The position numbers and the translations under genes were made by a program. A stretch of 64,000 bases of DNA, taken from positions 188,232,001 through 188,296,000 of the forward strand of contig OZ024743.1 in NCBI GenBank assembly GCA_964016885.1, written 5' to 3'. This DNA is from Eledone cirrhosa. Taxonomy: Eukaryota. Shown in pieces: positions 39,164 to 54,329 of this stretch. Numbering within the stretch: position 1 is the stretch's first letter; each line of letters starts with the position of its first letter. The notes beneath the pieces were generated by a model. The model ran no database searches and had not been told where the DNA came from. It saw only the letters and a program-made list of their open reading frames with translations.

Positions 39164-40455
39164 TTTTTTTTTTTTAAATATATACACAGGTTTATTTACA
39201 ATAGTTTATAACTTTGCCTATTAATCCGTATATTGAGCAAATGGGGTCCCACATGCTGGCCTCCCCCCCAGCCCCAGCGGACTGGATAGAGAAGGTGTTT
39301 CCCCGGAGGATGGTAAGGGAGATGCGCTGGAAGAGCCATTCCAATTCGCGAGGCTCACATCTGCGGCTGGCCATCTCGGTGCTTATGGTGGTGAATAGGG
39401 AGGTAGCCCTAGGGCCAAAGACACTAGAAGTCTCCACTGCCAAGGGCATGACCGCGAACCTATCAGAGAGCGACCGGTACTCGGAGAGTTTGGCCTCCTC
39501 AGCCCGACATGCTGCAGTATCTGGGTTAGTCACAGACTGCACCAGGTTGCAGCTGGAAAAAGTGTTGCTGCAAGTGGCATCCCAGATGAGGGGTTTGCCA
39601 CTGCGGAACGGAAAGATGGTCACACCGTCTGGCCTTTTCCCATCCCCTCGATCCAGCCCCACCGGCTCGAGCTGGGAGGGGAATCCTTCAGCATCCAAGC
39701 CATGCTTAATGACCTTGTTGAGGGCAGCATAGCATGGAAGGCGGCCGGCACTGTGGCGACAGGAATGCGGGTGGAGGCCGAAAGAGTCCAAAGTGGATCC
39801 ACAGCGACATTTATGTGGCTCAAGGAAATGCCAATGTGCAGGCTATTGTTATCCAGCTGCGTGCCAGTGGAGAAGGGGCACAAGGCATGGAGCCAGGCAC
39901 CACTGTCGAGCTTGGAGACCATGCGAAAACAGGCAAGGCAGTGCTGGTCGAGCTGGCACATGAGCCTGTCTGAGGCCAGCCTGCACTGGATGGTATCCCA
40001 TATGCTTTGAAGGGACTTGACGTCAGCAGGGGAAGAAAGAGGAGGGAGGTCTGCCGCGACCTCACGTTCCCTGAACACAGAGGGTTATATTGTGTTTTGG
40101 AGAACCCTGCTGACAAGGACGCGGCATGAGGTTACCGATGAAAGATACACTGGCAAAGCCAGTGAGATCGGGGTCTGGAGGCCAAGGCCGCCATATCTAA
40201 CAGGTAAAGTGGCCTGTTGCCATATAATGTCATCAAACCTGATGTTGCATATCTCCTTAGCTGCTGCTTGGATACAAGTATCAAGGTCAGCGAGGAGAGA
40301 TGCGTGGCTGTAGCATGGAGTGCTGCGAAGGGTGTAGAGGAGCTTCGGCATGGCGAAGCAGTTCCTCAACAGGAAGAGAGCTGGGTGGCCGTCGATCAAG
40401 CCCAGTCGACTCGTGAGGGTCTGGAGTTGTTGGAGCCTAGACCTGATGGTGTTTA
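39164..40455 (-). mobile_element. 5'-truncated CRE-clade non-LTR retrotransposon (thumb, CCHC knuckle, RLE)
   Basis: LFLLRNCFAMPKLLYTLR, QATLPVRYGGLGL, SGAWLHA, CRC...HPHSC, EPVGLDRGDGKRPDG...LIWDATC...LAVET...FQRIS..ILRGN. Poly(A) on the minus strand at ~39164-39175. Confidence 0.85.
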
Positions 40456-40711
40456 TTTTCCTTCTGTAATTTTTATATATATATATGCACACATAAACAC
40501 ACAGATATATGTGTAAGAACATTAACAATATATTATGAACCGATGGAATTCTACTTAAGATTCAAACTAGATTTTCAGCTTTGATAGTCAAGACAATAAG
40601 CCACTCAAAAAATATAAGATAACATGAACTTCTGTTATTTAATTTCTCCTCCTGTATTTGTTTTTTTCTTAACATACATCATTAATCTCTCTCTCTCTCT
40701 CTCTCTCTTTC

Positions 40712-40768
<57 letters not shown>

Positions 40769-41089
40769 CAAAGAAGGTGTGGTAAGATACCAGGTGGACT
40801 ATAATGCACCAGAGCACTTGATACATAGTTCGGATCTAGCTGTCGAAATGGCCGGAGCTCAGCCATCGGAGTCCTGACTCTTTTCCTATATATATGCAAG
40901 CAGGGAAAAGCGAACGTAAAATGATGATGATGATGATGAAAGAGAGTATAATATATCGTCCCTTGAGCTGATTGATGCAACACTGACACTTTGTTCCTTT
41001 ATTCTTATACTATTATACTCTACTCTGACCGAGCATCAAATGCTCACCGAGCATACTGCCTACGGACGCAATTTTCTTGCACCTATACG

Positions 41090-41147
<58 letters not shown>

Positions 41148-41255
41148 TATATAGGTATTGAAATTTCCGTTAGAAACAGAAAAGGTCATAGAAATGAAGA
41201 GTGCTCTATGTAAGTATCAGAGCAAAATTTAATGTATAAAAATCAATACAATATA

Positions 41256-41333
41256 ATTACCTCATTACCAGAGGTTTCCCGAATGAGGCGAATACGAAAT
41301 AAACGACTTCATTCGTTCGTCAGACGAGGCAAT
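41256..41333 (-). ncRNA. Type I hammerhead ribozyme motif in the inverted pLTR
   Basis: Reverse complement of 43519-43596. Confidence 0.75.
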
Positions 41334-41790
41334 ATAAAACATGGGCAAATACTTAGAAAAACACATCAAGAAAATCAAAAAAAGATATAGATAAATGAAA
41401 TAGAAATTGAAATATATAAAAATCTATCAAGAAGTATAGTTAGGTGTGTGTATATGTATGTATATACGCCCACAGATGTGCATATATGTATATGTGCACA
41501 TGTAAATGTATAGTGAGAAAGTGTGCGTAATTCTAAAATATGTATCTATATGTCTGTATTATACAGACAGAAATGGTTACATCGTAAATATATGAATATG
41601 AAAATGAAAGCGCGCGCATAAAACGCCTGGACACTCGTACGCTTAGATGCCGAAAGAAAGGAGGTAAAGGGAGTGTAATAATTAAAAGAAAAGTATCAGT
41701 CTCGATATATTTATAAAAATATAATAACGATAAATTAGAAAGAAAAGATATTAGAAAGAAAAAATTAAAGAAAACAAGAGAAAATCAAAC

Positions 41791-42291
41791 TTGAAAACAA
41801 GAGAAAATCAAACTTGCTCCTGTAGAATCAAAAGTGAATGCCCATTACAAGGTAAATGCAACACCAAAGCCATTGTATATGCGGTTAAAGTGACAACCAT
41901 CAGCAACAACCATCCAGCCACCAGTGAACGATATGTGGGTATGACGCAAGACAGATTCAAAACGCGTTATTACTCACATGTCGCATCCTTTCGACATCCA
42001 GAAAAAAGATTTACAACAGCTCTGGCTAGCAGAATTTGGGATTTGAAAGACCAAGGCATCCAATATAAACTAGATTGGTCAATTTTGAACCAATCTAAAA
42101 AATATGCTAGAGGAACAAGAAAATGCACGCTCTGCATAAATGAAAAATTTTGGATATTGCAAAATCTTAAATCACCAAAGACCTGCCTGAACACAAAGAC
42201 GGAAATTTTCACCAGTTGCCCACACATGAAATCACACCTGCTTTCCAGCTCATATAAACTTAACACACTTTCAGATACTTATCCTCCATAA
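41791..42291 (+). CDS. GIY-YIG endonuclease domain (C-terminus of the PLE ORF, 5'-truncated, no ATG start)
   Basis: CSC...CPLQGKC...IVY...YVGMT..RFKTRYYSH..SF...CTLCINEK...LNTKTEI..CPH is the Penelope/Poseidon-type EN pattern. Frame uninterrupted. Confidence 0.85.
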   Translation: MKTRENQTCSCRIKSECPLQGKCNTKAIVYAVKVTTISNNHPATSERYVGMTQDRFKTRYYSHVASFRHPEKRFTTALASRIWDLKDQGIQYKLDWSILNQSKKYARGTRKCTLCINEKFWILQNLKSPKTCLNTKTEIFTSCPHMKSHLLSSSYKLNTLSDTYPP

Positions 42292-42677
42292 ACTCTTATT
42301 ATTCTCTTTTTAATTACCCTTTCTGACTTACTTTCATTTTTATCCTTGTCAATAATTTCATTTATTTTCACTTTTATTTATTTTTACTTCACCCCCCCCC
42401 CTTTATTCTCCGATCCATTTCCTATTTTCTATTTTTTACTTCCCCTTCTTTTACTTCCCTTTTTCCTCCACTAACTGATTACACTTGTCTTTTGTGTTTT
42501 TCAATCCAGATATATTTTTCATTTTTATTTTTATTTTATTTTTGCGCAGCCTATCTTACAATTTTATATTTGTACTTATTTATCCACATTTCAATATGGC
42601 TGAACGCCTTAATGTGTGTATACTTTTTTTATATATGTACATGAGTGACTACGTATGTGCGCGCGCGTGCGTGTATG

Positions 42678-42740
<63 letters not shown>

Positions 42741-43518
42741 ATGTATATGTGTGTGTACAGGTGTTTGTGTGTGTGTGTATGTATATATTATGCGTATGTG
42801 TACATGTCTTTATATCCGTGTTTTTGACACCTCGGTTTTATGTTTTGTTCCTTTTTTCTTCTCCCCCCCTTCCCTCTTTTTTTACTTACTCAGTTTCATA
42901 CGAGGGCATGCAAACAGGTTTATATGCGTGAGCATAAGTATGTGTGTGTGTGTGTGTGTGTATGTACGTATCGAACGTATGGAAGTGTAAGTGCGCGTGT
43001 GTATATAAGCATAATTATTTTTATATTTCTTTTGTGAGACACGCGTGTCTGTGTATGTATGTACCCCCCTTTTTTTGTTTTCTTTAATTTTTTCTTTCTA
43101 ATATCTTTTCTTTCTAATTTATCGTTATTATATTTTTATAAATATATCGAGACTGATACTTTTCTTTTAATTATTACACTCCCTTTACCTCCTTTCTTTC
43201 CGCATCTAAGCGTACGAGTGTCCAGGCGTTTTATGCGCGCGCTTTCATTTTCATATTCATATATTTACGATGTAACCATTTCTGTCTGTATAATACAGAC
43301 ATATAGATACATATTTTAGAATTACGCACACTTTCTCACTATACATTTACATGTGCACATATACATATATGCACATCTGTGGGCGTATATACATATATAT
43401 ACACACACCTAACTATACTTCTTGATAGATTTTTATATATTTCAATTTCTATTTCATTTATCTATATCTTTTTTTGATTTTCTTGATGTGTTTTTCTAAG
43501 TATTTGCCCATGTTTTAT

Positions 43519-43596
43519 ATTGCCTCGTCTGACGAACGAATGAAGTCGTTTATTTCGTATTCGCCTCATTCGGGAAACCTCTGGTAATGAGGTAAT
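43519..43596 (+). ncRNA. Type I hammerhead ribozyme motif in the pLTR
   Basis: 10-bp stem I AUUGCCUCGU/AUGAGGUAAU, CUGACGA at 43529-43535, stem II CGAAUGA/UCAUUCG, GAAA at 43574-43577, stem III ACC/GGU, cleavage triplet GUA. Confidence 0.8.
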
Positions 43597-45249
43597 TATA
43601 TTGTATTGATTTTTATACATTATATATATATATATATATATTTATTTATTTATAAAGTGTATATATATTTATATATATATATATTTCTTTTTGATTTTAT
43701 TTTGAGTTAAGATCGTATTGGGTTTTTTTCCCCAGCTTACACAAAGTCTGAAGATAAAATTTTTCTTCTTGACTTGTTTTGAATTAAGATTGAATTATTT
43801 ATCCCATATCTTACGTTAAAAATGTTTCATCTTGATGTTATAGTCACTTATATGTCTGAATTATTGTCGGCTTTCTGCTTACATTAATTTCTCTATTTTC
43901 ATTTGTTTATATATATATATATATATATATATAGTGTTGTAGTGAAATGTCAGAAGGATGCATCCAAAGATGGTAGAGCAATCAGCCAAAAGGACATGTT
44001 CGATATAGAGTTAGTTCTACAACAGATTATCAAACCATACTTCAGGACACACATTTCACCTAAAAAAGATTTTCAACTCATATATGGTTATGGCATGAAA
44101 GGAAATGATGACATTTAACTTAGATATATAAACATATTGCATACATACATACATACATTCATAACTAAAACTGGATATATAAAGATTATATACACTAATA
44201 TATATGTACATACACAGATACATACATACCTTTATACATACATACTTACATATATACATATATACATAAATACATTTCAGTGTGTGAATAGGAGATAGTG
44301 TACTCAGCATATTTAACATTCTTTTATGACTGATGTCTTGACTCAGATTTTTTATCTGGATCATGGTTGCCTAATTCAGTAAAAAAGAAATTAGACTTTC
44401 ACTAAAATTGTGAAAGTCTTAGAGTAATGATAAAATGAATCATTAAATCTAAAATATCAGTATCCATGAAATTAATTCCTTCAAATTCCTGGAGTAATCC
44501 CTAGCCATAAAAACAGTTTCTGTTATCTCAGGGAATGGATATACACAGCAGGTGAAGTGTGTATTCCAAAATCAACTAGCCAGTGCAAGAAAAGGTGAAC
44601 ACTTTTCAGGGAGTTATTATCTATTCTGTTAGAAAAATGTTTCTTGTGCTAAGTGAAGGGCAGTTTGCATTATGTTTGTGAGAAAATATGACATCACATT
44701 GTAGAAAAACAAGGGCATTAAATGAGCCTATGCAAAAGCTGGAATGAAAGGAGGCAACTATGTTCATGATGTGCAATAAATAAATTGGCTCATATTTTCT
44801 GAGAAAAAAAGAAGGCATAAGAAGAATTGTTTGTAGTGTGTGAAATATGAGATAAATTGGGAAAAGGAGTGCCAAGTGTTCCATATAAAAAGAAACTGAA
44901 GAAAAGGGAATCTATGAAAAACTTAGTAACCCATTGATGAAGGCTGATTTTATGATGGTGAACCTCATAAAGATGACAAGGGACAACACTAAGTGGGGAG
45001 ATGATGTGCAGGAGAAAAATCATTCTAACAAAAATAGCACAAAATAATGATGACCATACATATATATATAATAAAAATGACAAACACTGAGATACAAAAA
45101 TAATTAGCGTCACACTTTGGATGAAAGAGAGATAAAAGTTCAATGTATTTGACATTAGTCCTTCATCAGGAGAATACAGTAGTTCAGAGATTAGAAAATA
45201 ACAATAGAAAAAGGAGGATATGTAAGTGTATCTGTGTTATTTTTAATTT

Positions 45250-45690
45250 TTGTGTGTATAGGTGGCAAAGAAAACATTTTGTTTGAGCATGATGGGGGAT
45301 GACTTGGGTGAAAGTTGAGAAAAGCAACACAATTAAATATATAGTATACGTTTTTATGCTGATTGCTTCATCTTGTTAGGTGATAGCCATCTAAATATCA
45401 TCTCAATCATTTCTTTAAAGAATGTTGAAGGAGGAGTGTCTCTCTATTTACAACCATTGTCTAGAGATATTTGTTCTGAGAGCTTTCCATTAAATGCTAC
45501 TCTGGCTTTCATGAACCAATGTACTTCATGGAAAATGTGCCAAACATTTCTGTGGACAGGCTAAATGAAAAGGAAAGGCTTCACTATTTCCTATATCAAT
45601 GCCTTAGTCAAGTCGATAAAACCTTGGTACAAAGGCATGTGCTGGTCTGAATATTTCTCCCAAAGCTTACTAGTGGTGAAGATCCTATTC
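45250..45690 (-). pseudogene. RTE-type RT fragment
   Basis: Minus strand reads IFT..KL.EK...[12 protein letters not shown], later NGCK.RD..PSTFF-like. Frameshifted. Confidence 0.6.
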
Positions 45691-45733
45691 TCATATATGT
45701 ATATATATTTATATGTATATATGTATATTTATA

Positions 45734-45808
<75 letters not shown>

Positions 45809-45877
45809 AAAAAGAGGTGAAATCGAAAATGCAACTGGAGTCTTATTTTTTTTAAAAATATATATATTTATTTGGTT

Positions 45878-45915
45878 CCTTTACCGGTTTCACAGTTCTT
45901 CTGCTTTTCAAAAGG
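45878..45915 (-). ncRNA. Minimal hammerhead variant (U3-A8)
   Basis: Reverse complement reads cctt-TTGAAAA-gcag-aagaa-ctgt-GAAA-ccgg-TA-aagg. Confidence 0.6.
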
Positions 45916-45983
45916 TGAGTTGAGGTGGAGGGTCTGTGGTTTTTCTCATGTGAGAAAAACCACAGACCCTCCATCTCAACTCA

Positions 45984-46021
45984 ACTTTTGAAAAGCAGAA
46001 GAACTGTGAAACCGGTAAAGG
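45984..46021 (+). ncRNA. Minimal hammerhead variant (U3-A8), mirror copy
   Basis: actt-TTGAAAA-gcag-aagaa-ctgt-GAAA-ccgg-TA-aagg. Confidence 0.55.
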
Positions 46022-46152
46022 AACCAAATAAATATATATATTTAAAAAAAAAATAAGACTCCAGTTGCATTTTCGATTTCACCTCTTTTTCTTTATACTT
46101 TCACTCGTGTAGGACACCTCGGTTATTTTTCATTTTGTAAAAAAAACCTCAC

Positions 46153-46189
<37 letters not shown>

Positions 46190-46529
46190 ATAACAAAGAT
46201 GGTTTGGTAAGATACCAGGGGGATCATAACGCACCAGAGTACTCAATACTTAGGGTAGTAGAGTGGGCAATAGGAAAAGAGTCAGGATCCTGATGGCTGA
46301 GCTCCGGCCATTCTCAGCCGTCGGGGTCCTGACTCTTTTCCTATATATATAATATGTATATATTTTTATTTATGTGTGTGTATGTATATGTATTTATATA
46401 TATAATGTATATGTACATATATATATAACATATGTATATATATATTATATACATATATGTATATTCATTACTTACTCATAAGACATGATAAATGGACGAA
46501 TTGATTACTTACTTGTAAGACAATGAGAT

Positions 46530-48875
46530 AAATGGACTCTAATAAATACTAAGGCCTTCCTGGGAAGAATGTACTACCCAACACAAGTTAATTATTAGCA
46601 ATATCAAAATAAACATATGACAGAACAGATATGCAGGAAAATATGGAGAAGTACAGTGTGGAAACTAAAGGAACTTTCCATTAAATATAAGTTTAGAAAG
46701 GCCCTACTGGATGCAGTAAATGAGAGGGAAGACAAGCTAGGTACATGTAACATAGAGGACAAATTGAAATTCGTACATGACAACCTTTTGCAAACTACTT
46801 AGACTTTTGGCTGGAGTAAAGTGCCACCCAGACAGAGGGTGACCTAGTGGTTGAACAGCACAATGGATAGAGTCAGTAAAGTCAAGAGACAGGCATGGAA
46901 AGATAAGAGAAATAGGGGTAGCAGAGATCGGCACCGGGTAGCTTAGAAAGGAGCTAGACAACAGATATACACAGCTCAGTGAAAGGCTGAAGAAAGTAAA
47001 TTTGTCAATCTCTTGAGACATGAGGACCAGAGAATGAAGTGTTTCATATTGCAAGGTAGTGTGTCAGTGGGATTCGAGATGATGTTGGAGAAAAATGTGT
47101 TAGAAATGATGCTGGTACACTTAGCACCACTGGTGCCCAAAAGAAAGTAGCCTGAAAATGTTACTATGAGAGATTGATGAATATAGAGAATGAAGGGAAG
47201 GAAGAGAAACTACATCCAACTTAGCCAAATGAACGACCAGCTATTGAAATTGACAGTGATAGGTAGCAACCAAAGAGATGAAAAATGGTAACATTGTGGG
47301 GGCATCAGTGATAGTTGCTAAGATACTAGAAGCATCAGGAGAAGTATGAGTCAAACTAGTAACCCAGATCATCAATTAGGTAATACAAGATGGAGTCAAA
47401 CCCAATGACTGGTGCAGCATTACAATCATAAATTGCTACAAGGGCAAAGTTGAAGCTCTAGAAAGGAGCAACTATAGAGGAATAAAACTAATGGACCTAG
47501 TTATAAAAGTGGATGAGGATGATGATGATGGAAAGAGTTATAGCACAGCTAATTATGAAAAGAATCACATTAGATGAGGCAATTACAAAAGAAGTTCCTA
47601 GCCAAGAATAAGCTCCTATATTTAATATTTGTTGATCTAGAAAAGGCCTTTCATTGAGTACCCGATCTATTATCCAGTGGTCCCTCGAGAAATTAGGTGT
47701 AAATGAATGGCTTAAGAGCAGTGCAAGCCATGTACAGAGGAGCTGTCAGGAAAGTGAGATTAGGATGTGAGTTTAATGAGAAATTCAAGGTACATGTAGG
47801 AGATCATCAAGGTTTGGTTCTTAGCCCACTGTTATTTATCATAGTTCTCCAGAATCATAACAGAGGAGTTTAAAACTAGCTGTCCATGAGAACTCCCCTA
47901 TGCAGATGATTTGATCCTTATAGCTGAATCAATAAAAGTACTAGAAAACAAGTGACTTTGCAAACGGAAGTTGGAATCAAAGGGTCTGAGAATAAACTTA
48001 ACCGAAACGAAATTGCGAGTGAGAAGGGAAGAAGTTAAGACTCTGATCCCTTCAGTGTAGTGGCCCGGCTCAATATGTAGAAAAGATTAGGCATAAACTC
48101 CATATGGTGCACACAATGTAAATCTTGGGTGCACAGGAGATGCAGTGGGAAAATGGTTCCACTAACAGAAAAGGATGACTTTCTATGTAGAAATGCACAA
48201 GAGTAATCAAGGAAAAGAGTATCAGTGATCTAAGCCTTTTCAAGTCCCATGAAGGGTCCATAGATGTGGTTGATAGCTTCTGCTATCTAGGTGTCTTAAT
48301 TAGCAGCAGAGGAGTGTGCTCTCAGAGCATAATAATTGGATGGAAGAAGTTTACAGAACTACTCCCACTAATGACAACAAATGGTTTCTCCTGACATACA
48401 AAAGGATGACTGCATGATAACTGTGTGTGAAGTACGATGCTGCACGTTAGTGAAACATGGGCAGTAACTGCAGAAGTCATGTGTAGAGTGGAGAGAAATG
48501 AAGCAACCCTGCTCCTTTAGATGTGCAATGTAAATGTGAGAGAAAGGCAAAGCTGGGATAAGCTGAGAGAGGAACTGGTTTTAAGAGGAATCTGAGCTAA
48601 GGTACAGGAGTAAAGACTGCAATGATACAGGCATGTGATGTGCATGGATGATAATTGATGGGTGAAGAAGTACCAAGAAATGCCAGTAGAAGGGAGCTGC
48701 AGTAGAGGTAGACCAAGAAAGACTTGGACAGAAAAGGTGAGAGCAGAGCTCAAATCACTGTGACTCATGAAGAAACGCAGCGAATAGAGAGATGCGATGC
48801 TGAGAATGACCCATCCAACCCATGCAAGCATGGAAAAACTGACATTAAAAACAATGATGATGATCATAATCATCA
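46530..48875 (+). mobile_element. Long degraded RTE LINE (linker, RT, C-terminus, (GAT)n tail)
   Basis: NYRGIKLM (~47470), FVDLEKAF (~47628), VG.HQG.VLSPLLF (~47796), YADDL (~47899), VDSFCYLG (~48270), and 3' end CCCATGCAAGCATGGAAAA..GATGATGAT. Confidence 0.9.
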
Positions 48876-48884
48876 TGATACATA

Positions 48885-48921
<37 letters not shown>

Positions 48922-49314
48922 TGATAGATAGATAGAGATGATAGAGAGAGAGAAACAGAGATAGTGAGAGAAGAGAAATAAAATGAGAGGGAGAAAGAGA
49001 CATAGGTAGTTAGACCCAGAACGTATGAGAGAGAAAGAGAGGTTCATACAGAATATGGTTGTGAACAATATATTTGCTAGCCAGCAGAACCAAACCAAAA
49101 ATAGCTGTTAGCTTTACGATAATAACACGGCAAATTTTTTACATGAACAGTTTAGCCAAAGATGAAAGGCTCCTCAGAATACAAAATGAATAGAAGAAAA
49201 AAAGAATAAGCAATATTTACAGCAGCATAAAGCATTATGCTTTCCATTCATAAACTATTTACTAATATGTATCTATACATACATATGTGTTATACATACC
49301 TACATATTCAACAT

Positions 49315-51890
<2,576 letters not shown>

Positions 51891-52494
51891 TAATGTTTAT
51901 GCGTTTTATGTTAACAATATGTTGTGTTTGGAATATATCCATATAGAGATAACTTTATTTAGTTCAGGTATAATTGTGTGGTTGAGTAAGCCTATGTTAT
52001 TTCCTTGTAGTTTATTGCAAACACACATTTGTAAATCCTCATTATCCTATTTATTTATTTTTCAATATTTTTTATCCCCTTTATTCTTGGATGCTAGAAT
52101 AACCATTGAAATAGCTGAGCCATTTTTGATGCCTTATTTATTTTTCTTGATCTAATAATCTATGACTTTGTGTTGATTAGTAATTATTCAGAGTTCAAAT
52201 ACCTTTTAACCAAATGTATGCATGTGTGTTTGTGTGTGTATGCATACATGCAGATGCTCATATGTATGTGTGTATGTATCTATATATATATATATATATA
52301 TCATCATTATCATCATCATAGTTCAACATCTATTTTCCATGCTAAAATGGTTTCGGCAGTGTTTATATATATATACATATATGTAGATTCAGAGCATATA
52401 TACATACTTATATGTAGATGAGGGCGTATTCCTGATGATTTCATACGGATGAAACAATTCTAGTCTTGTAAAAGCCATTTGTATATTAAATAAT

Positions 52495-52679
52495 TGTTTC
52501 TACTTTTGGCACAAGGCCAGCAATTATCCCAGTGTATTACTGGTTCTTTATTTTATCGACCCTGTAAGGATGAAAGGCAAAGTTAACCTCGGCGGGATTT
52601 GAACTCAGACCATAAAAGGCCGTAACTCTTTGCTGCAAAGCATGGCGATTCCCTCTACCGATACTGCCAATCCACCGCC
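52495..52679 (-). mobile_element. Family A SINE with ~21-bp TSD
   Basis: GCCATTTGTATATTAAATAAT occurs at 52474-52494 and 52677-52697. Confidence 0.9.
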
Positions 52680-54329
52680 ATTTGTATATTAAATAATGAT
52701 ATATTTATATATATGTATATATATGTAAATGTCAGTTTTGGAAGCCTCTACAATGCTAATGCATTTATCTCCGGACAACAAAATCAGATGGCAGTTGGAA
52801 GAATGCGAATAAGGAAGGAGGGGAGAGCATAGGGAAAAGAAATGTAAAATGAAATGAAAATCAAAGATGAAGTTACCCTGGAATCGATTTATTAGTCCCT
52901 ATATTTTGGATTTCACATCCGTCATCAAGGGGACTTTGGAGATTGACAGAGAGGAATTCACGTGGCTGAGTGTTGCTAATGTCAGTGTCAGGCTGACTGA
53001 AATACGCAAAAGAACATTTCCTATTGGGCGCATGCATGCAGAATCAGCGCGGTCATTCAAAGGATCTCAAGGTTAGCAGTCAACACTAAAGTGAGGGATG
53101 GGTGTGGTATGGCAGGGTCCACATGCATGTGTGAGTGTTATTGTTTCCTTGCATTCTGGTAGTGGCTCTGGTTTACATGGTAAGTAGGTGGTGGGTAAAA
53201 TATTAGTGGCAGGCATAGCAAAGCAACAGAGTCTGTCCATCTGTTTGTATACAGGCAGGCGGGTGAAATGTACATTAATATTCACTCATTCACTGTCATT
53301 GTGTGTGTGTCTCATCGTTAGACCAGCCACCACATTTCACTTTTTGGATCTGTTGTTGATTGATGGTTCCAGTCGTTTGATCAAAAGTGCTTCCTTGATT
53401 CTTAGAGCCCCAATGCTGCATTATGTTGCTAGCGCTGTGACAATGAGTGTTCTGTCCTTGTTTCCACATTTAGTGATATATTTCCAAAAGGATGGAGCTC
53501 TAGTGCTGTCATGCCCCTTGATCTGTATCTGCAGCTGTTGAATGGTGCTACCGATATTGTAATTAATGCACTTGTCATACTCGATCTTCTAAACTATGTA
53601 GGGGTGCAGGCAACAATCTGTGTGATGTATCTGGCAATTGTTGAGGAGCACATATTATCTACATTGTGTTGCTTCTTGGAAAAGCATCTCCATAAGAGGG
53701 TTCCGTGTATGCCAATTGAATGTCGAAACACTCCCTTTGTATGGCTCTATGATTAATGCTAGTGGTTCTTTCACACAGGTGTGAAATTTTGAGGAAGTAC
53801 TTATCAGTCAGGTTTTTCTGCCTCCTGTGTCTGAGGTTCGTTATTATGTTTTTTTCCACTCTTTATCATTCTATACATCTGTTAACTCATTTTCTTTCTT
53901 CCTCCCAACTCACCTGGTGTTGAATGGGCAGACTGCAACTATTATGCTGAAAATTCTATACCTTTCTCTCGTAAAACCACATCTGGTCTTTGGTGTTCTA
54001 ATTACTTATATGTTTGGGTTTGCATTTCCTCTAAGAATTTTCCTTGTTCATTTCGATATAATTTGCTGGACAATGTTCATGTCACATTCCTGGTTTTCTA
54101 TATTGTTTATTTTACAATTGCCAGTGTTTAATCATATCAGTTTTCTCATGTATCTAGTTCTTGTACTATTTCTATACCATGTTCCTACACTATCATAGTA
54201 AGTAGGCTACTGTTATTGTTTTTGCCACATAATTAGCATAGGGGTGATTATTGTTGTTTTTACTATTATTATTATTAGACTTGTTTTTATTGCATGCTAT
54301 CACTTTATTACTGAATACACCTCCATGTT

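Larger units (their letters stand above)
41230..43622 (+). mobile_element. 5'-truncated Penelope-like element with inverted pseudo-LTRs
   Basis: 41230-41777 is a near-perfect inverted copy of 43075-43622. Together they enclose a GIY-YIG ORF and a 3' UTR. Confidence 0.9.
45802..46097. repeat. Near-perfect palindrome (~147-bp arms, 2-nt centre)
   Basis: Centre ctca-tg-tgag at 45945-45954. The arms differ at only a few positions. Confidence 0.95.

Noticed and set aside
39214-39732. 172-aa plus-strand ORF
   Set aside because: Antisense shadow of the GC-rich CRE RLE coding frame.
53060-53950. Possible further degraded PLE on the minus strand
   Set aside because: Only vague resemblance, and no diagnostic motif could be read.
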